64,000 nucleotides of DNA from Amphiscolops sp. MND2022 (taxonomy: Eukaryota), in assembly GCA_964187785.1 (NCBI GenBank), contig OZ076409.1, positions 28,770,001 through 28,834,000 of the forward strand, in the 5' to 3' direction. Positions 1 through 12,709 of this stretch are shown in pieces; position 1 is the first letter of the stretch, and each line of letters starts with the position of its first letter. The position numbers were made by a program, and so were the translations under genes. A model generated the notes under the pieces. That model was not told the DNA's origin. It ran no database searches and saw nothing but the letters and a program-made list of their open reading frames with translations.

Positions 1-219
1 TGAACTGTACTACTACTTTTTTTCAATTAACTTCACTAAGATCACACTTTTAGAGGTATTTTCTAGAGTTTGCATCTTTTTGGTGGTTGAATCCTCTAGT
101 AAGTAAACCCCGTTCTGTGACAGAATCTAATAGTCACGATGCAGTAGTCAACTTGAAGTCAAAAACAATGAATATAAAAAATAAAAAAAATTGTCGAGAA
201 CCTTCCACGAAATTTTTCT

Positions 220-357
220 CCTTGGAAGAATCTTGCAAGGAATTTTTTTTCTTGCAAGATTCTTGCAAGATGTCTTGCAGAAAAATGCATTATCTTGCAA
301 AACCTTGAAAGAAAATCTTGCAAGATCCTTGCAAGGAACTCATTTTTTCAACCAGGG
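220..357. repeat. Cluster of TCTTGCAAG(A) palindromic repeats ending in ...TTCAACCAGGG|TA; probable end of a non-autonomous DNA transposon
   Basis: About seven TCTTGCA(AG) units at 231-334, then a CCC/GGG-type terminus and TA. No matching other end found in the window. Confidence 0.45.
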
Positions 358-1201
358 TACTGTCAGTTGCTTTGCTTCATACTTGATGTCTAATGTACCA
401 AAATGAATAAAATGAATTCCGTTTCACTGTATTGATTATAGTTTAAAAATGAGATCGGGTTAAAATTAGTTTCAGTTGCACTTGTCCTCTCTAGGCTTCA
501 CATTTCTTCCACGGTGCCATTTATCTTTGTCCTTTCCTTTATTTTAACGGAAACGCAATACTGAATGCAATACGCCTGTCATGCATCGGGATATTTTCCG
601 CTTTCAATGGGCTAACGACAGACGCCTAGTCAAAAATTTACCTCCTCCTTGGTAAAACGCAATTCAATTCGCATATGACGTCAAAACTCGGATACAGCGC
701 AACAGTTTCTAACCTTCGCCGCTTCCTCGTTTGTAAAACACATTTTTTTCGGATATAACGTCAAATTTTTGGATATAGAGTGCTGGGTCAAACGGATTTT
801 CTCGAATCTCAGCCTCCTCCTCAGTAAAACGTAATATAGCTCGTATTCAATGTGAAAAATTCGGAAATAGCGCAAAATCTTCGAACTTCTGCTTCTCCCT
901 TGGTAGACCGCAATTTACGTCCCAAATTTTAAAAGCTACAATTAGTCTCCAATTAATTGCCAATTTATACCTTTGTAATAATGAATCCGGAAATATTACA
1001 TTCAGAGGCAGGTACCAACAATTAACACAAATTAATAGGACCTCATTTTGGGAAACTGGATAATCATCTTTTACATTCTTCAGTATTTCAAGACCAGTAC
1101 GTAAAATGCTATACTCAATCATTTTTACTTTTGGAACTATTTCTTCAATTCTTTACTTTCAATCTTCTAAAAGTTGTTAATTAGCTGATCAATTACCCAA
1201 T

Positions 1202-1327
1202 TTGGGACTAATTGTCGCTTTTTACAAAATCGGCGAGTTGTCGCCTTTTCGAACTGTCGCTTGGGACGAATTGTCGTTTTTTGGAATTTTGGACAAATTG
1301 TCGCTTGGGACGAATTGCCGCCCAGCC
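1202..1327. repeat. MITE arm built of short GGACGAATTGTCGC-like units
   Basis: Six to seven degenerate (TTGG)GACGAATTGTCGC units ending in ...CCCAGCC. Same style as the MITE at 42961-43507. Confidence 0.55.
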
Positions 1328-1756
1328 TGAACAAAATATTTCATCTCAGATTACACTCAGAATACAAGCAAGGGAGACGCTTTTTTGCAAAGATGTCATT
1401 TTTGGATTATTGTGAGTTGAATCAAAAAGGTGACTAAATAGCCAAATTTCTTTGATCATCCAAAGCCTGCTGTGTTTCTTGATCGAAACACTTTCAGTCG
1501 TAATTGCTCGGCAACAATTGCTAAGTTCTTTCCATTTAGAGATTAAATATACGTCACCATTTTAGACTCTTTCTTAGTGTATAGATGCAAAACATGAAAA
1601 ATTTTAGATTAGAAACTGCGGAAAACGCAATATCCGGTATATTATCTTGCACGAAGCTATTACACGGAGGCAATTGCTTAGGAATCGTGTTCCTTTAAGA
1701 ATAAGCGAGAAAAAAAGAGAGATGTGAATTGGTTGCCAATTTGGTTAAAGAAAACG

Positions 1757-1871
1757 GTGGCAGGACATTTCATCCTATGCAATTTCAACCTATGCAATTT
1801 CAACCGCTGCCATTTCAACCGCTCACAATTTCAACCTATTGCATTTTCAACCGTCCGCAATTTCAACCTAA
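1757..1871. repeat. MITE arm with 15-16 bp GCAATTTCAACC tandem units
   Basis: Starts GGTGGCAGGACATTTCATCC, then six ...ATTTCAACC-like units. A second copy lies at 1966-2075. Confidence 0.6.
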
Positions 1872-1937
1872 ACTAGTTTTGGCTAATTAGTTATATCTAT
1901 TTAGGGTAAATTTCATTTTCATATGAAAATGAAATTT

Positions 1938-2452
1938 ATCGTGCAGTAAATTCAGTCTTTTATGTGGTTACATGACATTTCGTCTTATGCAATTTCAACC
2001 TATGCAATTTCAACCGTTGCCATTTCAACCGCTCACAATTTCAACATATTGCATTTTCAACCATCCGCAATTTGATATGCTAATTTTGGCTAATTACTCC
2101 TAATTCGGTTGAGTAATTATTTCAGTACAATACGTAACGTGTAAAACGTATCAAAACTTCCATAAGAATTAGCACAGTTGGATTTTGAAATGTATTACAT
2201 TTCAAAATCCAACTGTGCTAATTCTTATGGAAGTTTTGATACGTTTTACACGTTACGTATTGTACTGAAATAATTACTCAACCGAATTAGGAGTAATTAG
2301 CCAAAATTAGCATATCAAATTGCGGATGGTTGAAAATGCAATATGTTGAAATTGTGAGCGGTTGAAATGGCAACGGTTGAAATTGCATAGGTTGAAATTG
2401 CATAAGACGAAATGTCATGTAACCACATAAAAGACTGAATTTACTGCACGAT
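1938..2452. repeat. Perfect 515-bp palindrome (257-bp arms, 1-nt loop at 2195)
   Basis: 1938-2194 is the reverse complement of 2196-2452; I saw no mismatch. Confidence 0.9.
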
Positions 2453-3835
2453 CCGTAAGAAGTCCAATTTCGTCAAGAGTTTTACTTTATTTGCTAATAG
2501 AACCCACTAATTAAAGTAACCACTGCCTGCTGAGAAACTGACTGATCTAAATTTGTAACAACTGAATACCAACCACCCCTCAATTCCTCTGCCGCTGTCC
2601 TCAAGTCCTTCTTTTTTCGATGTATTTCCCTTCATCTCCGTCTAATTAAATCCTATCCTTTTACTCCATATCTGACTAAAGGTGACTTCCATCGCCTCCA
2701 AGCAACACGTAAGAATCTCTTTTTGCTTTTTGCTTTTTTGAAGCACTCAGGTAGTTTCTTTCTTTGAAAATTATCACTGAGATTTCAGAACAGCAAAAGT
2801 AGAATACTTCAGTAAACTACTGAAACTGCATTGTAAAATTTAGATATTTTAGGATATAGTTTTCTTCCAGACCATTTTTTTCTTGTGGACGTTTCGGGAC
2901 AAGATCTCACCTAAACACAAACTAGTGAAGGAGATTAATGTTTGATGACATGAACTTGCCCCAATTGTAAAAGATTTAAGAATCAAAGATAATTTCGTTT
3001 CGGATTTTGAGAGTTTAGGTGTTACGAAACGAAACAGGAACTTAGATAAAATAGAAGAGGAATTAGCATGGATATGTCAGACAGATTTATTCGAAATCTG
3101 GGAATTTTTATACTGGTGAACTGCAGTGTTTGTTTCACAGAACAACAAATTTAGGGAGACGGAGAGAACCAGTAGAACTGCCAAAAAATCTTGAGAGACG
3201 TATTGGATCATGAAAATTATGAGAATTGTTTTAGGGGAAATCTTCTACCTGAATGTCTAGACAGATAAACAGGTAGTGGATACAGTTAATGCGCAGATAC
3301 AGGTATATAAGGCTAATTCGTTGCTGAGCAGTGAAGACTTTCACAAGGAAGACAATTACAAAAAAGACTGAAATTGGAAGGCTACTTGAGTAAATGAGTG
3401 CTTTGAAAAAGTGTAGAAAGCAACGGGTATTTATACTCCAAAAAGTAAACTTGCATTTCATGCAAGTTAGGGACTTTGGAAGAGCGTGGAAGAGCACCCC
3501 TTTGACGTTTTAATAGAATGTTCCGGAAGGACTTTTATATCACGCCATCATAAAAAATGTAATGCTTCAATGCAAAATCATGAACTTCAGAATCGCCTCA
3601 TATTCCATTTTTGAGGCCATAGTTGGGTGTGAGATCTTTGATATTTACGATACTTTCGACAGAATGAACTTGAAAGAATAAATATCAAAAAGTGATTTAG
3701 TTCAACTAGCACCAGAAAACAAAGTTTTCTAAAATAGCAGGATGGTTTGTTTCTTCACGATTTTGAGCTTCTAAAATATGAAAGTTTAAGTTTTGTATCT
3801 CAAAACAAATTTCACTAAGATCATTTCCGCAACAA

Positions 3836-5300
3836 CCCCACTCAGATTTTTCAGGAAGTTGTAGGAAGAATCTGCATTTGATCCAGTAGTTGCTTTCGAT
3901 GCTGCTCCATTCGCTTGCGGAAGTGACTTCGTCAAAAGATTTGCTGCCAGTTTATTTGTTGGGGTATAAACCAGTTGAACTAAGTTGTCACCAACTTTCT
4001 CGTGTATGAAGTGAAAATTCATGCTAATATTTTTGGACCTCTCGTTTATCTTTGGGTTGGTCGCCAGTTTGATGCAACTTTGACTGACTTCCCCAACGAC
4101 GATTCCCAAGATTGTTCAAAGCCGCTTTCACACAATCACATAAGAGTGATCGCAAGAAGATGGCTTCCTGAACTGTACCGCCCAGACCTTTATACTCAGG
4201 TCCGCGCCACTGTCTGCTGCTTCTTAGTTTTCCAGCTCACTGCTCTCCCACTTAACCTGAGAAAAAATAAGTAGCCAGTGGTTGAACGCCTGTCATCAAG
4301 ATCACCACGCCAGTCGGCATCGCTTTCGTGTTGTAGAGTGACGTCTCGCTAGTAGACAAATTTGAGTGACTTCGTGGCTTGAAAATAGGGAAGACACGTT
4401 TGCCAGCCAGCCAGTGAGTGTTAGTTGGGTTATCCATGATTCGAAAGATCACAATGACGATCCATACTCTATGTGGCCTAGTCTGCTTGGCAATGTATAG
4501 TAGGGAGCCTACCAAACTACTGTATGGCCTCTCATCAACAAATGACTCTCAGTTGCCTCAACTAACATCAGAATATTCACCGCTGGCGTTTTGAAGGATT
4601 ACTGTCCTGCCTTCTAAAATTTTCTAGGTAATTCTAACTTATTTGCATGCATAGGAACCATTGAAGTTTTCCTCGATCGTCCATCTTAAGTTTCATGTCA
4701 AGAGTTCTTCTAACTCCTCTGTGTCCTCAACGTTGTTTCCAGCGGTTGCTAGGTCGTCTACCCAGCTTGGAACGTACAACTCTATTTTGTCTTTTTTTTG
4801 AAAAAATAAAAAAGACAGTAGGTAAGTTTACAACGAAAGAAAATTTGTTGTTCCAGGAAGTTGGCGATTTCATCATACCGATTTTTAGCGGCCTACGTTT
4901 TTCTGTGAATTGATAATTTCAACTTACAGACAGATTTTTTTCTGAGCTATCAAACTCGTCGAACCAGGTGGTTGCTCGACATTTACTTCCCTTTTAGTTT
5001 GTGATTGTAAGTAGGCTGATTTTACATACATTTGTCGCAGCAGAAACTTTCTTTTGCTGCTAACGAAAAACTGATTCGAATTTTTTCTGATGTACTGGTT
5101 GGAGCAAACTTTTCGGAAACTTCTATGACTTCAACTTGCTTGAAGTTTTTTGCCGAGTACTTTTCAATGCTGCCGTCAAGCTTTCGATTAATTTTTTCAA
5201 ACCCATTTTCCATGGATTACGTTTTTTCTGACTTGGACGCTGGACTAAATGCCACGTTATGGTTTCACGAATCCAATTGAGCTCAGATTCCACTGCTTCT
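3836..5300 (-). pseudogene. Degenerate Ty1/Copia pol (RT and RNase H)
   Basis: Minus-strand fragments RKLDGSIEKY...FAPT, VGSLLYIAKQTRP, HWLAGKRV and QSCIKLATNP...FHFIHEKV...LLTKSL. A polypurine tract followed by TGTTG near 3834 suggests the 3' LTR start. Confidence 0.85.
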
Positions 5301-7258
5301 TGCCATTTGTCGCTATCACTGGAACTTACCGCTTCTCAGTAAGTAACTTTCTCCATATCTTTGTTGAGGATTTCGTGCACTCTCATCTCGCTTTCTTCCC
5401 TAGCTTCTCTTCTCGCAACTGTCATCTCATAGTACTTGTCCCATCGCTCATCTAACAATTTTACGCTCGATGAGTCGGCAACTTTCATATACTGTCCAGT
5501 AAGCTGCAACTTACTGGGTACTTCAATTGAGAACCTTGAGAAGAAAACGCACTAGAACGTGAACCTCGCTTTGCACTGGTCCCCTTAAGGTTGGCTAGAT
5601 AGGATTCTTAATTTGATCGGAAAAATGAGGAAAGAGCAGATTTTACAGTGACTAGTTTTTAGTCGGCGGGTGCCGAGTATTACTTTTTGAGCATTTTGCA
5701 TTTTTACCATAAGTACTTAGTACAATTTCAACGCATCCAAACCCTGTAAAAAGAAATACAACCCTTCCAAAGCAGAATGGTCCCTACTTTCTAATTTGTT
5801 TTTGGCCCTATGAGACTTTCCCCGCCCTTTTTCTGCTTTATGAGGCTTTTTCGAAAAATTTTTAATATCTCCGAAGGGTAAACCAGAACGAACCCTTTTA
5901 GAATTTTCGGCATTGTAGAATTTTTCAAAAAGATCGAACGAAGCCCGAACGACATTTACCAGAAATGAAAGGTTTTGCAAGCATAGAAAACTCCTAAGGG
6001 TCAATTGTGTAGTGCCTCGTCTACTTTCAGCGTCAAGCAAGCCAGTTACCTCATCACACACTACAATCACTGTTTCATTTCTTCGGAACATTTCTTGCAG
6101 ATGTCCACTTGCCGTGTGACCGTCATCGAGGCATTTGCGGTCAACACAGTAGCGCCGGATCAACATCAGTGTTTTTGAATAGAGAATCGTCGCAAGTTAG
6201 CACCACAGTGTTTTTGCTTTTCTCCTTTTCATCAAGATCACGCCTATGAGCTGCTTGAGGTGCGTCGTGATCAGTGCGGGCCTCATCAGTTGCGTCATTC
6301 CCAAGCTGCACAGTTGGGGTTGGGGGTCGCTCATCGCCTTAAATCGCTGCAAGGCATAGAAGGGTCTCATGGGATTTCATTTCTACATGCTAATTTTTTC
6401 CAAATTTTCTCACCAAGGGGTCCCTCTTCGACGTTTCATTTTGCTTTCAGTTACAAAAATGTAATGCTCGATCCTAAGGTAAGCCAATTTCTTTCTGGCA
6501 ATGTTTATTCAAAAAATTTACATTGTTTTACTCTTTTTAAGCCGTCAAGCAGGGATGAGGCCAACTGAAGATTGTCACGTCTCATTCATTTTCTATTTCA
6601 TGATAATACAAGATGCGAATATGACCATAAATCTTCATGACACAGATGGAAGATAAACAAAAGGCACAATGGGATTGTGCTCTGTTTTGTATAATTTTAC
6701 ATCTGAACATCTCCAATGGGGATCTTTCGTGATTAAAAAAATTTTCCTATATGAAAATATCACAAGTACCGAAGTTTGCGTCCTTTACCGAAAACATTTG
6801 GCCAGAGAAAAAGTTGCAAATTGCTAAATTATAATCAAAAGTGTGATCCTTTAGACTCGAGCAACATGCTCCGTAAACTGAAAAAACTTGAACGGGCGAA
6901 CCTCAAGTGAGAGAAAATCATGAAAAGACGCACAAAGCCGAAACACGTCGTTCCCACAATTTTTGGAAAAAAAATTACCCTCAAGACTGGGAAAACGGTT
7001 TTCCTTAAGACAAACATCAGTTTCTGTCGAATCCGGTATAATGTATAATTTTACACGGTCTTTTTCTTGTTTCCCGTTAGTATTATTGTCTTCTGGTCGT
7101 TTTTGTATCAAAACAGTTCCCGCTGTATTGTTTTCTAGCAGCTTCTGCATTACAGTTTTAAAATTTTCCTCGATGCGGTCTTTTGTGACCTTGCTTCTGT
7201 TTTGTCCGCAAATCATGCTTTTTGATAATGACTCTGGGTCGCCCTTGAGGTTCATGTT

Positions 7259-7433
7259 AGTAGTATACGAATTCCCGATTCGGGCCAGTCAAATATTTTT
7301 TTTTAAAAAAATGTTAATTAATTTTTTTTAAAAATCAACGTTTTTTTCACAACTAACTGTTAAAAAATAACATATTTTCAAGGCAAACCATCTAAAAATC
7401 AGCCTTTTTTCGCAACTGAAAAATTAACAAAAT
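7259..7433 (+). repeat. Polinton left terminal inverted repeat
   Basis: AGTAGTATACGAATTCCCGATTCGGGCCAGTCAAATAT... matches the reverse complement of 20596-20761, imperfectly after the first ~38 bp. Confidence 0.93.
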
Positions 7434-7453
7434 TGATGAAAAATAACTATTAA

Positions 7454-7827
7454 ATGAATTATTTATCATTCAAAGAATTTGTTAATAAATATGGATTAAA
7501 AAATGAAGCAACTTCCATATAGAAATAAAAGAAATCTTAAAACTCATGAACACATCTTGTGGAATATATATGAGAGATGATAAATTTATAACAAGCAGTG
7601 GTATAGTTAACTTACATCCAACTAAAGGAACACATTGGGTTATGTTTAAAAACCAAAACTATTTCGATTCATATGGCTGTCCACCACCACTAAATATAAC
7701 AAAACAAATTAATAATGGTATCTATTCAGAATGTCAAATCCAGAAAGACGACAGTTATTGTGCAGCGTATTGTTTGTATGTGTTGTATCTCACAAATATA
7801 ATTGCAGTTTCAAAAATGCAATTTTAA
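7454..7827 (+). pseudogene. Adenain-like (C5) cysteine protease, frameshifted near the N-terminus
   Basis: GTHWV (His), YFDSYG (Asp), QIQ...YCAAYC (Gln/Cys). The frame from ATG 7454 stops early; the catalytic part is in ORF 7546-7827. Confidence 0.85.
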
Positions 7828-7857
7828 ATTTATACTACCAAAATTTATAATTCCTAA

Positions 7858-8052
7858 ATGAAGAAAATTAATAATTATTCAGCTCAATTTAAAATTATTC
7901 AAAAACCAATGAATACCAATGAGAATCAATTTGATGAGAAAATAATAGAAAAAAATAATCCAAAAAATAATCAAAAAAAGAAATTATCAAAACAAAACCA
8001 AGACTTTATAAATAAGATATCCGCAAGTGGATATAAACAATTTTTCGCTTAA
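7858..8052 (+). CDS. Small basic hypothetical Polinton protein (64 aa)
   Basis: Fills the gap between protease and penton; starts at the TAAATG motif shared by neighbouring genes. Confidence 0.5.
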   Translation: MKKINNYSAQFKIIQKPMNTNENQFDEKIIEKNNPKNNQKKKLSKQNQDFINKISASGYKQFFA

Positions 8053-8055
8053 TAA

Positions 8056-9096
8056 ATGGATCTATCAAATTTTGTAACCTATGATAAAAAAGAATATCTT
8101 TTATTGAGTATTGCAAAATCTAATCAAGAAATTGTTGAAAATACACATTCTAAACCACAAGAAACTTTAGAATTTAAAATTAATAAACAAAAAGAATCTT
8201 TTTCGTTCGATGTTCCCTTGGAGCTGCCAGAACAATGGATGATGGGAGTAACAAGTTTAGAAGTATATAGCAGTGTATATAATATAACCAACAAAAATAA
8301 CTCATTCCAGATACAACTAACAGACGAACAACTTAATGGGATTGATACAAAACTTGCAATGAATATTGAATACCTTCATAAAACCAATCAACCAAATTTC
8401 AAAAAAACAGTTTATGGTTTAATAAATACCACTTTCAAAAATAAAAAGAAGCTTCTAAAAAATTATCTTGATAAAATCAAGGATATAATTAACCAGCATG
8501 AAAGTGAAAACCTTTTTAATAAACTCAAAATTTTCGAAGTTATTGATCTCCCCATTATGAATGAATAAATAGAAATAAAACTCCAACCTGGAATATATGA
8601 ACTAAGTGATCTGAATACAGCAATACAACAAAATTTACAATATTATCAAGATCATCGAGAATATAAAATAAATGGTGTAAATATTAACATTGAAGCAGAT
8701 ACAGTATCAATGAAATCACTTTTAACAACTTCTAATCCCATTAATTTTAATTCAAAATTAAATGAACTTCTAGGATTCACAAATACACACTATATACAAG
8801 GAACTCATAAATCAGAAAAACCAGTTATGATAACAACCACAGACAAAGTTCATCTGAAATGTGATTGTGTTGATGGTTCAATTGTGAATGGTATACGAGA
8901 ACAAACTTTATTTTCATTTAATCTTAGTGCTCCTCCAGGATATAAAATTATAAAAGAACCTAATATTATTTTATATAAAAAAATAAACAAAACAAGGTTA
9001 GATAGTATTCAATTTTTCCTTGAGGATGACAACCATAATCCAGTTGATTTCAACGGGGAGACATCAACATTTACAATTCAAATCATCAAGATTTAA
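8056..9096 (+). pseudogene. Minor capsid protein (penton, single jelly roll) with one premature stop
   Basis: FDVPLELPEQWMMGVTSL...YNIT, PGIYEL, LLGF, VHLKCDCV and FLEDD...PVDFNG motifs. ORFs 8056-8568 and 8710-9096 share a frame separated only by TAA 8566-8568. Confidence 0.82.
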
Positions 9097-9105
9097 TATA
9101 TATAA

Positions 9106-9508
9106 ATGAGCTTTAGTAAATTTAAAAATAATTCATATTGTGTTGGTGGAAAACATTATTCCACTACCATAAATATTCGTGGAGATATTACTCAAAATAA
9201 AAAAAACAGGAGCACCTGTTAAATTATTAAGAGGTACTTGTTCAACTTGTAAAAGAAATAAATCACTTATAGTATCAGATCAAACTATACAAGCAGAAGG
9301 ATTAGGTGACTTTTTCCGAGGTATAGGAAAAGCCGCCAAGAGTGTCGGAAAGAAAATTTTGAATAATCCTGGACGAGCATTAGAACTCGCAGCTAATATC
9401 GGTACTGAAGCAGCAAGTAAAAATCCAAAACTTATTGCCGCAACTGCTCCTGATATTATAAAATTTGTTCATCAAGGAAAAGGTCTGTACTTGGGTAAAA
9501 CTCATTGA
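9106..9508 (+). pseudogene. Putative core/membrane-active precursor protein with a Cys-rich N-terminus and an amphipathic helix; one frameshift
   Basis: MSFSKFKNNSYCVGGKH... from ATG 9106 joins ORF 9179-9508 (CSTC, GLGDFFRGIGKAAKSVGKKIL) across an extra base in the A-run near 9200. Confidence 0.6.
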
Positions 9509-9557
9509 TTTACAGCCTTGCTGTAAATTAAATATTATTTTTTATGAATAATAAATT

Positions 9558-10534
9558 ATGTATTCAATTCATAATCGAGATGATTTAGAAAAATTAAAAA
9601 AATTGCAAAAAACAAAATCTTCTTTGAAAGCTGAAAGATTGAAAGAGAAACTAGGGAGGCAAGACTTTCATTATGATATGGAAGAAGTTTTTGAACCAGT
9701 TACTGAAAATCAGAAAAAAAGCCAAAACCAAACCGAGCTAGAATTTGAAAAGCAGATTCAAGCACTACGTGATTCTACCCAAACTACAACACAAGCAATA
9801 CAAGACCAAACTAGAGCAATACAAGAATCGAGTAATACTCTTAATAAAAAATTACATAAATCAGTTAAAGAAGGAATACAAGAATATGATAAAATTACAA
9901 ATCGTAATAATCAAATTGTTACAGATCTTGTTAACTCAAACCAAGTTGATTCTAGTATCGTTAAGACAGCTTCTAATTTGCTTAATGACAACAACAAAAG
10001 TCAATTTAGTTTAGAACCCGTGGAAGGAAGTTCCAATTTATTCATAATTAATCCTTTTACTAATCCTCAACAGGTATTAATCAAAGGTTCAACAATGACA
10101 TTCCAAAATGGTAACACGTATTATTTGAATGATCCGGATCTTTCAAATTTTATAACGAATACACAAATAGATAAAATACCACAGAATACGAATATAATTT
10201 ACAGTTTTTAATTGATATGAAATATAATATAAATTATGGAGATAAAAAATCACATAGATATTATTTTATTAAAGCTATGTTACAACCACAAATAGGAAGT
10301 GGATTAGATTTTATTTTCCTTCCATCTGATCCAGATGAACTTGTAGATCAATTAAAACTACTTTATTTTGAAAAAGTAGGAGGAAATGATAATCCTATGC
10401 TTAGTGAACAAATCATAGCAATTGCTGATAAACTTTTACAATACCAATGCATTACAACAAATCAACATCAAAACCTGCACAGCACCTTCGGTCTTATAAG
10501 CACACTTACTAAAAAGGATCAGTTTGGGGACTAA
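9558..10534 (+). pseudogene. Coiled-coil Polinton protein with a GSG...LPSDPDELVDQLKLL...GGN C-terminal module; one frameshift
   Basis: ORFs 9558-10211 and 10217-10534 join by one missing T near 10208. From memory, the C-terminal module resembles one conserved in animal Polinton/adintovirus proteins. Confidence 0.6.
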
Positions 10535-11504
10535 ACACCTGATATTGCGGATTAGATTCATTACATATCATATACTTACTCCCATTTTTATCTTCTAACC
10601 TATTTATTAATAAATAATTATACTTATCCCGCCATGCTTCTTTACACAAACTTTTGAATTCATCATAAGACATATCAAAACCAGCAATATCTCTATAAAT
10701 GTGTTCAACATCTTTCAATGTTTGTTGAAATAAAATTATAAAATTACTATTGTTTCTAATTGTTCTTTTAGGCAAATCAAAGTATGACTGTGATAAAAAA
10801 TAAACATCCAGATCATTATGTCTTCCCCTAGTAAAAAATGGACCTATTAATTTCTGTGAAGTGTCCAACATATCATCAAATACAACACAACAATTTTGAA
10901 AATCTTGAATACTTTTGTCTTCTAGATCTTCTTCTACTTTAACTTGTTCTATTTCTATACCGAAGGCCAGCAAAGCTGTGTTGCTGTATTGCTCAGGACT
11001 CCTTGTGATAATGTGAATTTTCCTTGTATTATCATCCTATCGAATTAATTGTAATTTGTTTAATAACAAATGGGTCTTACCACAAAATGATGGGCCAACT
11101 ATCAATGTCCTATTACATTTATTATGCAAAGCCAGCGTAGCTGTATCAATTTGATTATTATTATCATCAATTTGACTATCATTATCATCAATTTGATTAT
11201 TATCATCATCAATTTGATTTTCATTATCATCATCAATTTGATTATTATTTAAAGAATATACATCTTCTAAGAATTTAATACATCTTTTTAAATGTTTTGA
11301 TAAATAAGTTTTATTGAATTCCTTATTACAAAATTCACATTTACCTTTTTTATTGAAACATTCTATACATGTACTATACAGTTTACCACTTTTATATTTG
11401 TAAAAATCTGTTTTCAATATATTACATTCCTTAAATCTTTTTTTATTCTCACAATCGGAGCAGATAGATTTTTCATTACTTTTTCCACAAATTATACACT
11501 TCAT
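10509..11504 (-). pseudogene. A32/FtsK-like packaging ATPase 1 with N-terminal Cys-rich domain and NNNQIDD repeats; one premature stop
   Basis: Walker A GPSFCGKT, Walker B VVFDD, RGRHN...LSQSYF. ORFs 11037-11504 and 10509-10973 are in frame across TAG 11037-11039. Confidence 0.88.
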
Positions 11505-11668
11505 TTATTTAGTAAAAAATCACTAAATCACTAAGCAAATTCACTAAGAGCATGATCTTTTAAGTGTAACTTATTTGCTTAGTGACAAAAAATGCTCTTA
11601 GTGAATTTGCTTAGTGATTTTACTAAGAAAATTACTAAGAAATCAAACCCATTTTTTGGGTAATTAAT

Positions 11669-12695
11669 TCATTTCAAACTATTCACGATGCCAGCTTTAC
11701 CGTAACTATTTGCTTGTTCCATTATTATATTTTTAAAATCTTCTTTAAGTTTGTCTGAAATTAATGGTTATTGCATTCTATCGATGTAATTGTCTATTTT
11801 AGATTCTTTTACTTTAACTTTATTTTGTTTACAATAATATACATAATAATAAGCTACATTAAATGGTGTTATTTCAATTGTTTGATCTGACATATCTTCT
11901 AGGAATATTTTAAGTTTATTATATTCTTCACCTGTAAAGAAATACCTTTCATATTTTACATAATTCTCGGGACCCCATTTATGTTTAGTTGTATCGTAGA
12001 CTAGTTGGTATTTGTGATTGAGTATTTTATACTTTTGTGATCTAGTATCAAATTCAATTACACCAAATTCTAACTGATCACGATATTGTTTCCAATTAAG
12101 TTGTTTGATACTATAACAACTCATCATTGTTTCGAAAAATGTATCTGGATTATTCATTGTGATATATAACTTAAAACAATTTTCTTTTACAACTGGAAGA
12201 ACATCCTTTGCATAGTGTGCAAGATAAATAACTTGTATATTATGATGTCTTCCAAACCGGAATAAGTCTTCTACTTTTGTTTTAAGGTTTTTATATACAC
12301 CTGCATCTTCTAAGATGATTGTTTTACGAGCAAGTGATTCAATGGTAAGATTTTCTAACTGCAACATTTGTATAAATCTACCCGAGAATTCGGCTTCATC
12401 TCTACCGAATACTATAAAATCACTTTTAGTTTGATCTAAATAATACTTCAGGAAACTAGTCTTACCTGATCCACTAGTACCATACACCAAAAAATGACAA
12501 TTAGTATTTGTGATTGGTTTGACTTGTGGCTCGTCTTTTGGTTGATCAGTTATATGGGATTTTTTAAATCCCTTGAATTGTTTTAGTTTTTGGTATAATT
12601 TTTCGTAATGTCTAAGGTCTAATATAATACCAATAAATATATAAAACTATAGTAAAGATTACACATAACAAACCTATATAAAATTTTTTATTCAT
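11669..12695 (-). pseudogene. A32/FtsK-like ATPase 2 with a predicted N-terminal transmembrane segment
   Basis: Walker A GTSGSGKT, Walker B IILED, RFGRHHNIQVIYLAH. ATG 12695 encodes MNKKFYIGLLCVIFTIVLYIYWYYIR, joined to the rest by a frameshift near 12615. The frame continues past the stop at 11768 to TGA 11669. Confidence 0.8.
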
Positions 12696-12709
12696 TTATT
12701 AGGAAATAA

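Noticed and set aside
2460..3780. Possible coding remnants and the rest of the Copia LTR
   Set aside because: No supportable frame, and no second LTR copy to define the boundary.
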